DNA of 64,000 bases from Eledone cirrhosa. Its lineage: Eukaryota. Made by a program: the position numbers and the translations under genes. The notes beneath the pieces are model-generated. The model saw nothing but the letters and a program-made list of their open reading frames with translations, did not search any database and was not told where the DNA came from. This document shows positions 27,455-42,731 of this stretch, piece by piece (the stretch's first letter is position 1; each line of letters begins with the position of its first letter). The stretch is taken from contig OZ024760.1 of the NCBI GenBank assembly GCA_964016885.1, forward strand, positions 33,976,001 to 34,040,000, in the 5' to 3' direction.

Positions 27455-27979
27455 GTATGTATATATACAGATACACACACACACACACACACACTCTCTC
27501 TCTCTCGCACACACACATTCACATACACACACACATAACAATAGGTGTTCTAAGATAAACAATAAAAATAAAATAGAAAGACAGACATCACATGTTCCCT
27601 GTTTGTGTATGTATATGTATGTGTGTATGTATGTATGTGTGTGTATGTGTGTGTGTGTATGTATATATATATATATATATGTATATTCACTGACATGGGG
27701 AATTTCTTTGTAAAACAATCCATGCGATTTATAAACAGATTCAATGAGGAAATGTGAAGGTTTCCTCCAGGAATTGAACCGTGTGTTTATATACCAGGCA
27801 AAGCTGACCGCGGCGTCATAATAATAATAGTTATATTATGTTATATATATATATATATATATATACCTGGGCTATAAAAACCAAAAACAAAATAACTAAC
27901 GATCGAACCCAATCACAAACCAGGAGCACGGTGGTCATTGTACACACCTGCTAGAAATAGCAGCCAATTTTCCCTTAAA

Positions 27980-28528
27980 TCACCACCACCACCCCCACAA
28001 CTACTACCACCACCACCACCAACGCCACCACCACCACCACCACCACCACCACCATCATCACCACCATCATCGCCACAACTACTACCACCACCACCACCAC
28101 CATCACCACCATCACCCCCACAACTTCCACCACCACCACCACCATCACCACCATCACCCCCACAACTACCACCACCATCACCCCCACAACTACCACCACC
28201 ATCACCACCACCACCACCACCACCATCACCACCACCACCAACACCATCACTATCACCATCACCACCACCATCATCACCACCACCATCATCATCAGCACCA
28301 CCACCAACACCAGCACCACCACCACCACCATCATCACGAGCACCACCACCAACACCACCACCACCACCACCACCATCAACAGCACCAACACCACCACCAC
28401 CACCACCAACAACAACCCAGTCAACAATCCCCACCCCACAATCAATCTCCACCGCCACCCCCACCATCAACAACCCGTCCCTCCACCAATCCTCACCCCC
28501 ACCACCAAGAACCCTCCCCCCACCACCT
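27980..28528. repeat. (CCA)n-rich low-complexity tract
   Basis: Degenerate CCA/TCA triplets; source of the poly-P and poly-G pseudo-ORFs. Confidence 0.9.
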
Positions 28529-28693
28529 CTATGATGAAAGAGGAAGACTGTCTATTGTGTGTAGTTGGAGATAAAAAATCTGGAATTTTTAGCAGCGAAA
28601 TTTCCTTCCAAACAAACAAAGCTTTCTGTTGTCTTTGACGAATTCTAACGAACCAGGACACCTTTAATTTGGGGATTAAACTGTGTCTACTGG

Positions 28694-29470
28694 ACGAAAC
28701 AGCACAGACATGGTCACACGATCTGCTAGAAATAACAGCGAAATGTCTTACGAAACAGCACAGACATGGTCACACAATCTGCTAGAAATAACAGCGAAAT
28801 GTCTTAGGAAACAGCACAGACATGGTCACACCATCTGCTAGAAATAACAGCGAAATGTCTTACGAAACAGCACAGACATGGTCACACCATCTGCTAGAAA
28901 TAACAGCGAAATGTCTTACGAAACAGCACAGACATGGTCGCACGATCTGCTAGAAATAACAGCGAAATGTCTTACGAAACAGCACAGACATGGTCACACG
29001 ATCTGCTAGAAATAACAGCGAAATGTCTTACGAAACAGCACAGACATGGTCACACGATCTGCTAGAAATAACAGCGAAATGTCTTACGAAACAGCACAGA
29101 CATGGTCACACCATCTGCTAGAAATAACAGCGAAATGTCTTACGAAACAGCACAGACATGGTCACACGATCTGCTAGAAATAACAGCGAAATGTCTTACG
29201 AAACAGCACAGACATGGTCACACGATCTGCTAGAAATAACAGCGAAATGTCTTACGAAACAGCACAGACATGGTCACACGATCTGCTAGAAATAACAGCG
29301 AAATGTCTTACGTAACAGCACAGACATGGTCACACGATCTGCTAGAAATAACAGCGAAATGTCTTACGAAACAGCACAGACATGGTCACACGATCTGCTA
29401 GAAATAACAGCGAAATGTCTTACGTAACAGCACAGACATGGTCACACGATCTGCTAGAAACAACAGCAAA
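28694..29470. repeat. 56-bp tandem minisatellite, ~14 copies
   Basis: Unit acgaaacagcacagacatggtcacacgatctgctagaaataacagcgaaatgtctt; near-identical copies with no spacers. Confidence 0.97.
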
Positions 29471-29564
29471 ATTTCCCTCCAATCACACAAATTTTATATT
29501 GTCTTTGACGGTTTCAAACGAACCAGGAAACCTTTAATTCTTCGGGTTAAACTGTGTCTACTAC

Positions 29565-29763
29565 ACGAGACTCGGCCGGATAGTTCATAGGCTGACTAGG
29601 ATATTCTCATGGAATGATCAAATGAAGTTTATTTTTCGACATAGTCCCCGAAAGAGACAATGCAGTTATTAATAAGAAGGGTTGAAATTAATACATACAA
29701 GATTTCACAGCTCTAGCATCACCCCTCTCTAGTCAGCCTATGAACCTTTCAGCTCATGCTCGT
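29565..29763. mobile_element. Mariner-like MITE
   Basis: Imperfect ~35-bp terminal inverted repeats (acgag...gttcataggctgactag / ctagtcagcctatgaac...ctcgt) with TA at the right end and no ORF. Confidence 0.65.
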
Positions 29764-29809
29764 ATATATATATATGTATGTATGTGTATATATATATATG
29801 TGTGTGTGT

Positions 29810-29864
<55 letters not shown>

Positions 29865-29971
29865 GGTTTGAGGTTTACCACTGTATAGAGCTGGTCTATT
29901 CCGTATGGTCAATCGTAATGCAATAATATAGAGAGTACTCAACGTAAGGCAGTTCAACCGTATAACTCCTG

Positions 29972-30126
<155 letters not shown>

Positions 30127-30377
30127 TATTTTTAAAGAAAAGGTTCATTGTATGTTGTGTAGTTCTATTTATATACACTGTGACCGGGAAAAGAACGGTG
30201 GGTTGGTCATAACTGGAACGCTTTCAGTTGAAGGTTTTATTAGATCATAGTAGATGTGCTGCCGGAAAACTACAGCCATACATGGTCACTCAATTTGCTA
30301 GAAACAACAGTGAAATTCCTTCACATGCCTCACTGTTTTAATAATATGTATGTACACATACATACAAAAGTGCATAC

Positions 30378-33300
30378 GTTACACATATCTCCTATATGTT
30401 ACATATAACACCTGTATGTAACATATATCTCCTGTATGTAACATATAACTCCTGTATGTAACATATATCTCCTGTATGTAACATATAACTCCTGTATGTA
30501 ACATATAACTCCTGTATGTAACATATAACTCCTGTATGTAACATATAACTCCTGTATGTAACATATAAGTCCTGTATGTAACATATATCTCCTGTATGTA
30601 ACATATAACTCCTGTATGTAACATATAACTGCTGTATGTAACATATAACTCCTGTATGTAACATATATCTCCTGTATGTAACCTATAACTCCTGTATGTA
30701 ACATATATCTCCTGTATGTAACATATAACTCCTGTATGTTACATATAACTCCTGTATGTAACATATATCTCCTGTATGTAACATATATCTCCTGTATGTA
30801 ACATATAACTCCTGTATGTAACATATATCTCCTGTATGTAACATATAACTCCTGTATGTTACATATAACTCCTGTATGTAACATATAACTCCTGTATGTA
30901 ACATATATCTCCTGTATGTAACATATAACTCCTGTATGTTACATATAACTCCTGTATGTAACATATATCTCCTGTATGTAACATATATCTCCTGTATGTT
31001 ACATATATCTCCTGTACGTTACATATATCTCCTGTATGTAACATATAACTCCTGTATGTAACATATAACTCCTGTATGTAACATATAACTCCTGTATGTA
31101 ACATATAAGTCCTGTATGTAACATATAACTCCTGTGTGTTGCATATAACTCCTGTATGTAACATATATCTCCTGTATGTTACATATATCTCCTGTACGTT
31201 ACATATATCTCCTGTATGTAACATATATCCCCTGTATGTAACATATATCTCCTATATGTTACATATAACTTCTGTATATTACATATATCTCCTGTATGTA
31301 ACATATATCTCCTGTGTGTTGCATATAACTCCTGTATGTAACATATAACTCCTGTATGTAACATATAAAGCCTGTATGTTACATATATCTCCTGTATGTT
31401 ACATATAACTCCTGCATGTAACATATAACGCCTGTATGTTACATACAACTCTTGTATGTAAACATATATCTCCTGTATGTTACATATAACTCCTGTATGT
31501 TACATATAACCCCTGTATGTTACATATAACTCCTGTATGTAACATATAACTCCTGTATGTAACATATAACTCCTGTATGTTATATATAACTCCTGTATGT
31601 TACATATAAATCCTGTACGTAACATATATCTCCTGTATGTAAAATATGACTGTTGTATGTAACATATAACTCCTGCATGTAACATATACATCCTGTATCT
31701 AACATATAACTCCTGTATGTTACATATATCTCCTGTATGTAACATATAACGCCTGTATGTTACATATAACTCCTGTATGTAACATATAACTCCTGTATGA
31801 AACATATAACTCCTGTATGTAACATATAACTCCTGTATGTTACATATAACTCCTGTATGTTACATATATCTCCTGTATGTAATATATAACTCCTGTATGA
31901 AACATATAACTCCTGTATGTAACATATAACTCCTGTATGTTACATATAACTCCTGTATGTAGCATATAACTCCTGTATGTTCCATATAAATCCTGTATGT
32001 TACATATAACACCTGTATGTAACATATAACTCCTGTATGTTACATATATCTCCAGTATGTTACATATATCTCCTGTATGTTAAATATTACTCCTGTTTGT
32101 TACGTATAACTCCTGTATGTTACATATATCTCCTGTATCTAGCATATAACTCCTGTATGTAACATATAACTCCTGTATGTTACATATAACTCATGTATGT
32201 AACATATATCTCCTGTATGTTACATATATCTCCTGTATGTTACATATAACTCCTGTATGTAACATATATCTCCTGTATGTTAAATATATCTCTTGTATGT
32301 AACATATATCTCCTGTATGTAACAAATAACTCATGTATGTTACATATAACTCCTGTACGTTACATATGACTCCTGTATGTAACATATAACTCCTGTATGT
32401 AACATATAACTCCTGGATGTTACATATATCTCCTGTATGTTACATATATGTGCTGTATGTAACATATAACTCCTGTATGTAACATATAACTCCTGGATGT
32501 TACATATATCTCCTGTATGTTACATATATGTGCTGTATGTAACATATAACTCATGTATGTTACATATATCTCCTATATGTTAAATATGACTCCTGTATAT
32601 AACATATATCTCCTATATGTTACATATGACTCCTGTATGATACACATATTTCCTGTATGTTACATATAACTCCTGTATGTTACATATATCTCCTGTATGT
32701 TACATATAACTCATGTATGTAACATATAACTCCTGTATGTTACATATAACTCCTGTATGTTACATATATCTCCTGTATGTTACATATATCTCCTGTATGT
32801 AACATATAAAACTGTATGTTACATATAACTCCTGTACATTACATATAACTCCTGTATATAACATATAACTCATGTATATAACATATAACTCCTGTATGTT
32901 ACATATAACACCTGTATGTTACATATACCTCTTGTATGTAACATATAACACCTGTATGTTACATATAACTCCTGTATGTAACATATAAAACTGTATGTTA
33001 CATATAACTCCTGTATATAACATATAACACCTGTATGTTACATATACCTCTTGTATGTAACATATAACTCCTGTATGATACACATAACTCCTGTATGTTA
33101 CATATAACTCCTGTATGTAATATATATCTCCTGTATGTAACATATAACCCCTGTATGTAACATATAACTCCTATATGTAACATATAACTCCTGTATGTAA
33201 CTTATATTTCCTGTATGTTACATATAACTCCTGTATGTTACATATATCTCCTGTATGTTACATATAAATTCTGTATGTAAAATACAACTCCTGTATATTA

Positions 33301-36300
33301 CATATAACTCCTGTATGAAGCATATAACTCCTGTATGTAACATATAACTCCTGTATGTTACATATAACTCCTGTATGTAACATATATCTCCCGTATGTAA
33401 CATGTCACTCCTGTATGTTACATATATCTCCTGTATGTTACATATAAATCCTGTATGTTACATATAACACCTGTATGTTACATATATCTACTGTATGTTA
33501 CATATAACTCCTGTATGTTACATATATCTTCTTTATGTTACATATAACTCCTGTATGTTACATATAACTCCCGTATGATACATATAACTCCTGTATATTA
33601 CATATAACTCCTGTATGTTACATATAACTCCTGTATGTTACATATAACTCGTGTATATTATATATAACTCCTGTATGTAACATATAACTCCTGTATGTAA
33701 CATATAACACCTTTATATAACATATAACTCCTGTATGTTTCATATATCTCCTGTATGTTACATATAACTCCTGTATGTAACATATATCTCCTATATGTAA
33801 TATATAACTCCTGTAAGAAACATATAACTCCTGTATGTAACATATAACTCCTGTATGTTACATATATCTACTGTATGTTACATATAACTCCTGTATGTTA
33901 CATATATCTTCTTTATGTTACATATAACCCCTGTATGTTCCATATAAATCCTGTATGTTACATATAACACCTGTATGTAACATATAACTCCTGTATGTTA
34001 CATATATCTCCTGTATGTTACATATATCTCTTGTATGTTAAATATTACTCCTGTTTGTTACGTATAACTCCTGTATTTTACATATATCTCCTGTATCTAG
34101 CATATAACTCCTGTATGTAACATATAACTCCTGTATGTTACATATAACACCTGTATGTTACATATAACTCATGTATGTAACATATATCTCCTGTATGTTA
34201 CATATATCTCCTGTATGTTACATATAACTCCTGTATGTAACATATATCTCCTGTATGTTAAATATAACTCCTGTATGTTACATATAACTCCTGTACGTTA
34301 CATATAACTCCTGTATGTAACATATAACTCCTGTATGTATCATATTACTCCTGGATGTTTCATATATCACCTGTCTGTTACATATATCTTCTGTATGTTA
34401 CATATAACTCCTGTATGTTACATATAACTCCTGAATGTTACATATAACTCCTGTATGTAACATATATCTCCTGTATTTTAAATATATCTCTTGTATGTAA
34501 CATATATCTCCTGTATATAACATATAACTCCTGTACGTTACATATATATCCCGTATGTTACATATAACTCCTGTATGTTACATATAACTCCTGTATGTTA
34601 CATATAACTCCTGCATGTTACATATAACTCCTGTATGTAACATATATCTCCTGTATGTAACATATAACTCCTGAATGTTACACATATCTCCTATATGTAA
34701 CATATAACACCTGTATGTTACATATACCTCCTGTATGTAACATATAACACCTGTATGTTACATATAACTCCTGTATGTAATATATATCTCCTGTATGTAA
34801 CATATAACCCCTGTATGTAACATATAACTCCTATATGTAACATATAACTCCTGTATGTAACATATATTTACTGTATGTTACATATATCTCCTGTATGTAA
34901 CATATAACTCCTGTATGTTACATATAACTCCTGTATGTAACATATATCTCCCGTATGTAACATGTCACTCCTGTATGTTACATATAAATCCTGTATGTTA
35001 CATATAGCACCTGTATGTTACCTATATCTACTGTATGTTACATATAACTCCTGTATGTTACATATATCTTCTTTATGTTACATATAAATCCTGTATGTTA
35101 CATATAACACCTGTATGTTACATATATCTACTGTATGTTACATATAACTCCTGTATGTTACATATATCTTCTTTATGTTACATATAACTCCCGTATGATA
35201 CATATAACTCCTGTATGTTACATATAACTCCTGTATGTTACATATAACTCCTGTATGTTACATATAACTCCTGTATGTTACATATATATCCCGTATGTTA
35301 TATATATCTTCTTTATGTTACATATAACTCCCGTATGATACATATAACTCCTGTATGTTACATATAACTCCTGTATGTTACATATAACTCCTGTATGTTA
35401 CATATAACTCCTGTATGTTACATATAACTCCTGTATGTTACATATATATCCCGTATGTTATATATATCTTCTTTATGTTACATATAACTCCCGTATGATA
35501 CATATAACTCCTGTATGTTACATATAACTCCTGTATGTTACATATAACTCCTGTATGTAACATATAACTCCTGTATGTTACATATAACTCATGTATGTTA
35601 CATATATATCCCGTATGTTACATATAACTCCTGTATGTTACATATAACTCCTGTATGTTACATATAACTCCTGCATGTTACATATAACTCCCGTATGTTA
35701 CATATAACTCATGTATGTTACATATACCTCCCGTATGTTACATACAACTCCTGTATGTTACATATAACTCCTGTATGTTACATATAACTCCCGTATGTTA
35801 CATATAACTCCTGTGTGTAACATATAACTCCTGTATGTTACTCATATCTCGTGTATGTAACATATAAGTCATGTATGTAACATATATCTCATGTATGTAA
35901 CATATATCTTGTGTATGTAACGTATAACCCCTGTATGTTACATATAACTCCTGTATGTAACATATAACTCCTGTATGTAACATAAAACTCCTGTATGTTA
36001 CATATAACTCCAGTATGTAACATATAACTCCTGCATGTTATATATAACTCCAGTATGTTACATATAACTCCAGTATGTAACATATAACTCCTGCATGTTA
36101 TATATAACTCCTGTATGTTACATATAACCCCTGTATGTTACATATAACTCCTGTATGTTACATATAGCTCCTGTATGTAACATATAACTCCTCTATGTTA
36201 CATATAACTCCTGTATGTTACATATACCTCGTGTATGTTACACATAACTCCTGTACTTTACATATAACTCCTGTATGTTACATATAACCACTGTATGTTA

Positions 36301-36348
36301 CATATAACTACTGTATGTTACATATAACTACTGTATGTTACATATAAC
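30378..36348. repeat. 20-bp tandem satellite, ~300 copies
   Basis: Unit acatataactcctgtatgt(a/t). The many MLHTGVICYIQELYVTYRSY ORFs are its translations. Confidence 0.98.
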
Positions 36349-37109
36349 TGGCGGTTGCCGTGGGATGGCTGAAGTAGGAGGGGGGGAATAGTGGGAGGGG
36401 TGAAGTGGCGGGAGGGACTTGTAATGGGAGGGGTGAAGTGGGTTGAGGTGCCATTCAATGCCCCTCTCCCCTCCTTAATAAAGGGACCACGTCGCTACTG
36501 TATGTGTCTATACAGGTATGTCTGTATACGGGAATATACAGACATGTGTATATACGGGTATATATACAGACATGTTTATACGGGTATATGTGTGTGTATA
36601 CTGACATGTGTGTATACGGGTATATAGAGGTAGGTCTGGGGACAATGTGTGAGAAAGCAGGTGTTTTTCTGAATGTATCATACTTACTATTAACACCCCC
36701 CTCTATTCACTCCCCCCCCCCCACCCCACCCCTAACACCCCTCACCGCCCACTAATACTAACACCCCCTCTCCACCCAATAACACCCCCTCTCCACCCAC
36801 TAACACAAGCCACCCCCAACAACCCCTCCCCACCCCCAATACCCCCTCGCGCGTGTGTCTATTTCTACGTGACAATGACCAATGTCAGTAGCATCCTCAT
36901 CCCCATCGACACGTGTTAGTGAGTGTGTGTCTGTATATGCGTTTGCTTGTGTATATATATTTATTTAGGTTTGTTGGTTCACCACTGGATAGAACTGGTC
37001 ATTCCGTATGGTCAATCTCGATGTAATATTATGGAGAGCACTCAACGTAATGCCAGACTCCCGTCTTCGTTTGTGTAGTTGGTGGTGCGAGTACGGAGTT
37101 AATAATTAT

Positions 37110-37465
37110 AAAATAACAGATGGCTGGACTGGTGTAAATCCTTGAAAGATTTATTATACTATGATCATTTCAATGACTGAGTTCAGTATGAATCTCTGGG
37201 GCTGAAAATCAGAGACAAGAGGGCGACCGACTATTTAGCAGCTTCTACCTCAGTCGGCCGCCCTTGTGTAGAGGTAGAAGCTGCTAAATAGTCGGTCGTC
37301 CTCTTGTCTCTGATTTTCAGCCCCATGGATTTTATCTGTTATATTCCTTTGTTATATTTTGAATAACTGATATCACCGGATTCATACTGAACCCAGTCAT
37401 TGAAATGATCATAGTATAATAAACCTTTCAAGGATTTACACCAGTCCAGCCTCCTGTTATTTTAT
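37110..37465. mobile_element. Short head-to-head inverted element (foldback), probable pLTR remnant
   Basis: 37110-37250 is the reverse complement of 37271-37465 apart from a ~55-bp indel. Contains GAA-ATGATCAT-A (palindromic stem III-like) but no intact core. Confidence 0.7.
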
Positions 37466-37496
<31 letters not shown>

Positions 37497-37498
<2 letters not shown>

Positions 37499-38045
37499 AG
37501 TATGTATACGTGCATACATATATGTATACAGACGTACAGTAGTATGTATATACATACTTATATTTAAGTATCAGCCGTACTAAGAGTGAGAAATGAAATT
37601 TCGTTTCATTCTTTTCCATTTATCGTTTTCGGTGCGCCCGGCCGATTAACTCACTCGATATGCAAATTAGGCTGCTCAGCCGTTAATATGCATAAGGAAA
37701 GTCTATACTTTCAAACGTTCAATCGACTGACAGGAAGATATACGGTGCTGATGACAGCTAATAAGCTTGAAACTAGTTCATCGTTCTTTTGTCAGTGTTC
37801 AACAAAAGGGCGATGATGGTTGCCAAACACTGTACGGTGTAATTCGGGCTGTTTGTTTACAAACAAACCGAACATTATGATAAATGTTCGGTAAACCCAT
37901 ACGTACATATATATATATATATGTGCATGTATGTATATATATATATATACTACTGTACGTCTGTATACATATATGTATGTAAGTATACATACTTACATTT
38001 AAGTATCAGCCGTACTAAGAGTGAGAAATGAAATTTCATTTTTTC
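37497..38045 (+). mobile_element. Dispersed, diverged ~1.2-monomer copy of the 420-bp unit with hammerhead at 37742-37784
   Basis: ACGGTG-CTGATGA-CAGCT AATA AGCTT-GAA-ACTAGT-T-CATCGT; short inverted arm at 37497-37550; (TA)n flanks. Confidence 0.88.
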
Positions 38046-38215
38046 CATATATATATATATAAGTAGAAGGGGTATATATATATATATGTCCATGCATGTG
38101 TCTGTGTGGGTGTGTATATATGTATATATATACATATGTGTGTGTCTATATGTGTATGTATATATATATATATATATATATACAATATATATATATATAT
38201 ATAGGAAAATATATG

Positions 38216-38311
38216 ACCCCGACGGCAGAGCTCAAGCCGTTTCGACCGCTATTTCTGGACTAACTTAGAATTTTTAGCCTGGTAAATAAATAGCCGAACT
38301 TATCAAGGGGT
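38216..38311 (-). ncRNA. Type I hammerhead with U3:A8 core, stable stem III and long stem II
   Basis: Minus strand ACCCC-TTGATAA-GTTCGGCTATTT...AAATAGCGGTC-GAA-ACGGC TTGAGCTCT GCCGT-C-GGGGT. Confidence 0.75.
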
Positions 38312-38606
38312 ACTTCCTTATACGGGAAGATTGTAGTTGTTGAGAGGATTGGTCAAAATTTGATGTAAACTCGAATAAGTCTATCATGGCATTTGATGGG
38401 AGGTAGGGGTGGCTGAACTTGCCTGTAGAACAATGAGGGAGTGAGTGGAGCCGGTCAAGCGTTGAAAGTGAAATCTATACAGCAGATTCTAAGGATAGTG
38501 TTTGAAAAGTCGAAAAATTGTTCTGGAGAAAATGGAGGAGGGAGGTTATAATAGGTAAGTCAAATGAGAGTAGGAGACAATAAAAAATAATAGAAAGAAA
38601 TATAAA

Positions 38607-38639
<33 letters not shown>

Positions 38640-39346
38640 TAAAATTAGATAGTGAGAAATTAATAAAAAAAACACAAAAACAGTAGAGTCTAGAAACAGC
38701 TGCTATAATTAGTAGGTGTTGCTTGTACGACCAAAGCTATAGAAAAGGTTAAGTTGAGAATGGAAAATACTAAATAAGAAATTGTAGTAAAAAGAGGGTA
38801 GTGAAAAAATATAATGCAAACTTTTCAGGGGTCTAATACAGCTGCTATAAATAGTAAGTAAAGCGTATTCCGCCAATGCTATCTTACAATTACAGGTTAA
38901 TAAGTTGAGAATAGAAAATACTTAATAAGAAATTTTGAAATTGTAGAATTGGAGTAGTAACAAAAATGATACAAAATTACAGGGGTCTAACACATCTGCT
39001 ATAAATAGTTAGTAAAGCGTATTCGGCCAATTCTAACTTAAAATTACAGGGGTGGGGGTACTGAGACTACAGAGGCCCGATGGGCTGCATCAGGGTAGGC
39101 AAAAGGGGAAACATAGACAAGGAAGAAGATTGGGGGTGGAAGGAAGTGATAGGATGAGACAGGGGGAAGAAGAAAACATAGAGGAAAAGAAAAGAGGTAC
39201 ATCTACCTATGTAAGCTGGAGTTTCCCCTAACTTATTCGGCAAGTGGGGGGGGGGGGTATCAGCCCTTGTCTACCCACCCGGGTTGTTATGGGGTTTGAG
39301 GGCGAGGTAAGTCCTACGCAATCTGTGTTTGCATGCGTTAATATGC

Positions 39347-39752
39347 ATATTTTGCTACAGTATTTATTGCAATAATCTTAATACTAGCTTAAAATTATAT
39401 TGAAAGATATTTTGCTACAGTATTTATTGCAATAATCTTAATACTAGCTTAAAATTATATTGAAAGATATTTTGCTACAGTATTTATTGCAATAATCTTA
39501 ATACTAGTTTAAAATTATATTGAAAGATATTTTGCTACAGTATTTATTGCAATAATCTTAATACTAGCTTAAAATTATATTGAAAGATATTTTGCTACAG
39601 TATTTATTGCAATAATCTTAATACTAGTTTAAAATTATATTGAAAGATATTTTGCTATAGTATTTATTGCAATAATCTTAATACTAGCTTAAAATTATAT
39701 TGAAAGATATTTTGCTACAGTATTTATTGCAATAATCTTAATACTAGTTTAA
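39347..39752. repeat. 60-bp AT-rich tandem repeat, ~6.7 copies
   Basis: Consecutive 60-nt lines from 39361 to 39720 are almost identical. Confidence 0.97.
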
Positions 39753-40354
39753 TATGCATATATATATGACCATGCATGTGTCTGTGTGTGTACATATATA
39801 TATATATGTATGTGTGTGTGTATGTATGTATATATATATGCGCGTGTGTGTGTTTGAGTGTATGTATATATATATATATCCATGCATATGTCTGTGTGTG
39901 TATGTATATATGTGTGTGTGTCTGTATCTGCGTGTGTGTGTGAAAGTGTCTGTCTGTGTCTACATATGTCCCTGCGATATGTCTGTGTGTGTGTGTGTGT
40001 GTTAGTGTGTGTATGTGACTCTGCCGTCAACAACAGCAGATCTCTCAACACAATCATCTCTCTATGTAGTCTTTCTTTCATATTTGATGTGGTTTCAGTT
40101 ATTAGACTACGGTCATGCTGGGGCTCCGCATTGGTGGGGGTTTGACGGATAATATTGAACCCAGGATTTTCTTTTTCAAATCTGATACTTACTTTATCGA
40201 TCTCTTTCAGGCTTTCCACTTATGACAATCGCGTCTATTTCTAATACCCTGAGAGCCCAGAATCATAGTATACAATGAGACCTTTTGTAAAGTAGGCAGT
40301 GATTGGTTGGTTGAAATATGATAAGGGGCACAACTCACACCTTGTTGTATTAGT

Positions 40355-40790
40355 TCTGGTCCTTTACATTCTGACCTCAAATCCCGCCGAGGTCAACGTT
40401 GCCTTTCACCCTTCCTGGGTCGATAAAATAAAGTACCAGTCAAATACTGGCGTTGATTTCATCACCTTTATCTCCTAAATTTGTTGGCCTTGTGACAATA
40501 ATGCTAGAAAGAATTTTAAGTAGTTTAGGGCGAGTTATTTCCCTTGTGACTAAGATTCGAGAAATAAGAGAGGGAAAATTTGAGAGCTTACCACACGTAT
40601 GTTGCTTGGAAAATAAAGGGAGAGAAGTGGGGAATATATATTGTTAATTATAAGTTATGGCGGTGAATTGGTAGAATTAAAATGTCAGAGAGAATGCTTC
40701 GTGGTATTAGTTCCGACTCTTTAGGATCTGAGTTCAAATCCCGCCGACGGCAACTTTGCTTTTCATCTTTTCGAAGTTGATGAAAAAATA
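40355..40790 (+). mobile_element. Two diverged tRNA-SINE copies (about 40355-40500 and 40658-40790)
   Basis: 'caaatcccgccga.g.caac.ttgc.tttca' SINE body. Confidence 0.75.
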
Positions 40791-41274
40791 TACTAATCCA
40801 GTAAATGAAGACGGTGGGGAGAGATTCTCCCCCCTCTCTCTCTCTTAAAGAAATCGGCTGTGTTCAGACCTGGAAAAGGGATGTGCACCGCCAGATTTAA
40901 AATGCTCAAGAAACGACATATACCTCGACGGTGGCCTAACGACATTTCTGAATCTCTCACTAAATACACGATATAGTCATGAATGGGAGGCAACTGTGGA
41001 ATGCTTATTTTGAAATACTCTTATGGATTTACGTCCCTTTAGCTAAAAGAAAACGAAAACATTTTGTGTGTGAACATTTATACAGACACCCTATCACATC
41101 TCTTTCTATCTATTTCTCTCTCTCCCCCTCATATTCTCCACACACACACACACACATCATCATCATCACCTTTTAACGTCCATTTTTTCCTCGCTGGCAG
41201 AAAAAAAAATATATACAGATGTATGTATATATGTATATATGCGTGTGTATGTATGTATGTGTGTGTGTGTACAA

Positions 41275-41308
<34 letters not shown>

Positions 41309-42290
41309 TCCCGTCTACTAACACCCACTAACACCTCCTCACCAAACTACACACACACCAGTACACCACACTCCCTCCATAGAACCACACACCCCCTTCT
41401 CTCCCCACTCCACACTCACTCATCCCACTAACACCCCTACTAATACACACACACACACACACACACACCCTCCTCACTCCAACTCTCACACCTACCCATC
41501 CTCGCCTCCCTACCATTCCGCTGACTGCTGCTATGCCCTTCCGACCACTGTCTCAGCACCAACTGACCACAGCACTTCCACTGCTGACCACTTCCTGTTG
41601 CGCGCGCACCCCACATCTCTCCTCTTCCGACCACTGCTTCTTGGATTACCCACACGCATTTTGACTTCCAACCAAAATCTCCATACATCCGTGTAACTTA
41701 CCACTTTCAACCATCGTCTTACACCATCACCTATATAACTCACCCACACACACATCCCAAAACAATTTTTTTTATCCACACGCCACCCACACCCACAACA
41801 CGCTTAAACCACACACACGTGCTTCCCACCACATATTTACACCCTCAGCCCCCTGATTCCTCTCCCCCCACCCCCTATCCACACACGCACAGACCCTCCG
41901 ACACACAAAAACACCCCCCACACACACCTTCCTGAACATGCAACCCCGTTCTTCCTCCAACCCTCACTTTCACATACACACACACACGCACACCTAACCA
42001 CACACACCACCTTCAGCCCTCCCCGCTCGGACACCCCGTCTCCCTCTCCCCACTCCACCCGCCACCACCTCTACTCACCCCCACACCCTTCCACCACCTG
42101 TTTACCCCCCTTTTAATTTCAGTTTATTTTGATCATGCCTTTATTTTTAAATGTTCTCATTCCTTGTATTTTGATCATGCTTTATTTATTATTTATTATA
42201 TTTTTGTCTTTATTTGTTAATTTTTCATTCGCACCGTTTCCTTTCGCTATATGTCTCTCCACCACTCCCCTACACACCTTTTGAACTCTC

Positions 42291-42322
42291 ACCTGAAGAA
42301 GGGCTTATGCCCGAAACGTCGT
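42291..42322 (+). ncRNA. Minimal hammerhead core, stem I decayed
   Basis: AC-CTGAAGA-A-GGGC TTAT GCCC-GAA-ACGT-C-GT; only 2 bp of stem I remain. Confidence 0.55.
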
Positions 42323-42507
42323 CCTCCACCTACCCCCCACTCTCCTGAGCGTGAATTTAATAAACATTTATCGTACTGCCTCTCTGTTCTGTCCCTGTTC
42401 AATTTTTCATTATATATATATATATATCCATCTTATTTTATTTTTCATATGTTGATTTAACACTTCACTGCTCGCAAGTGTTTGTTAGGCTTCATATCAT
42501 GTCTCCC

Positions 42508-42578
42508 TATTTTATCTGATGAGAACGCAAATATCATCCTATGATGATATTTGCTTTTGAAATGCGCATAATAAAATA
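42508..42578 (+). ncRNA. Type I hammerhead
   Basis: TATTTTAT-CTGATGA-GAAC GCAAATATCATC CTAT GATGATATTTGC TTTT-GAA-ATGCGCAT-A-ATAAAATA; perfect 12-bp hairpin within stem II. Confidence 0.85.
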
Positions 42579-42696
42579 CACGGAACTCTTTTAACCATCT
42601 TTTGATTTTATATTATTTATACTCCAGTCCTATAAACTGTTGAGTGCTACTTATCCGATATTTGCATTGCTTTATTGTGCTACAATAAACTCACCT

Positions 42697-42731
<35 letters not shown>

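Noticed and set aside
28694-29470. CRISPR-like regular array
   Set aside because: Units are contiguous and identical with no unique spacers, there are no cas genes, and the context is eukaryotic. The same applies to the 65-, 60- and 20-bp arrays.
30379-36083. Many ORFs with a repeating MLHTGVICYIQELYVTYRSY peptide
   Set aside because: Translations of a 20-bp satellite in shifting frames.
39749-40250. 156-aa ORF or possible exon in a unique stretch
   Set aside because: Half is CA microsatellite, there is no recognisable domain, and the alternative splice-bounded frame meets a stop.
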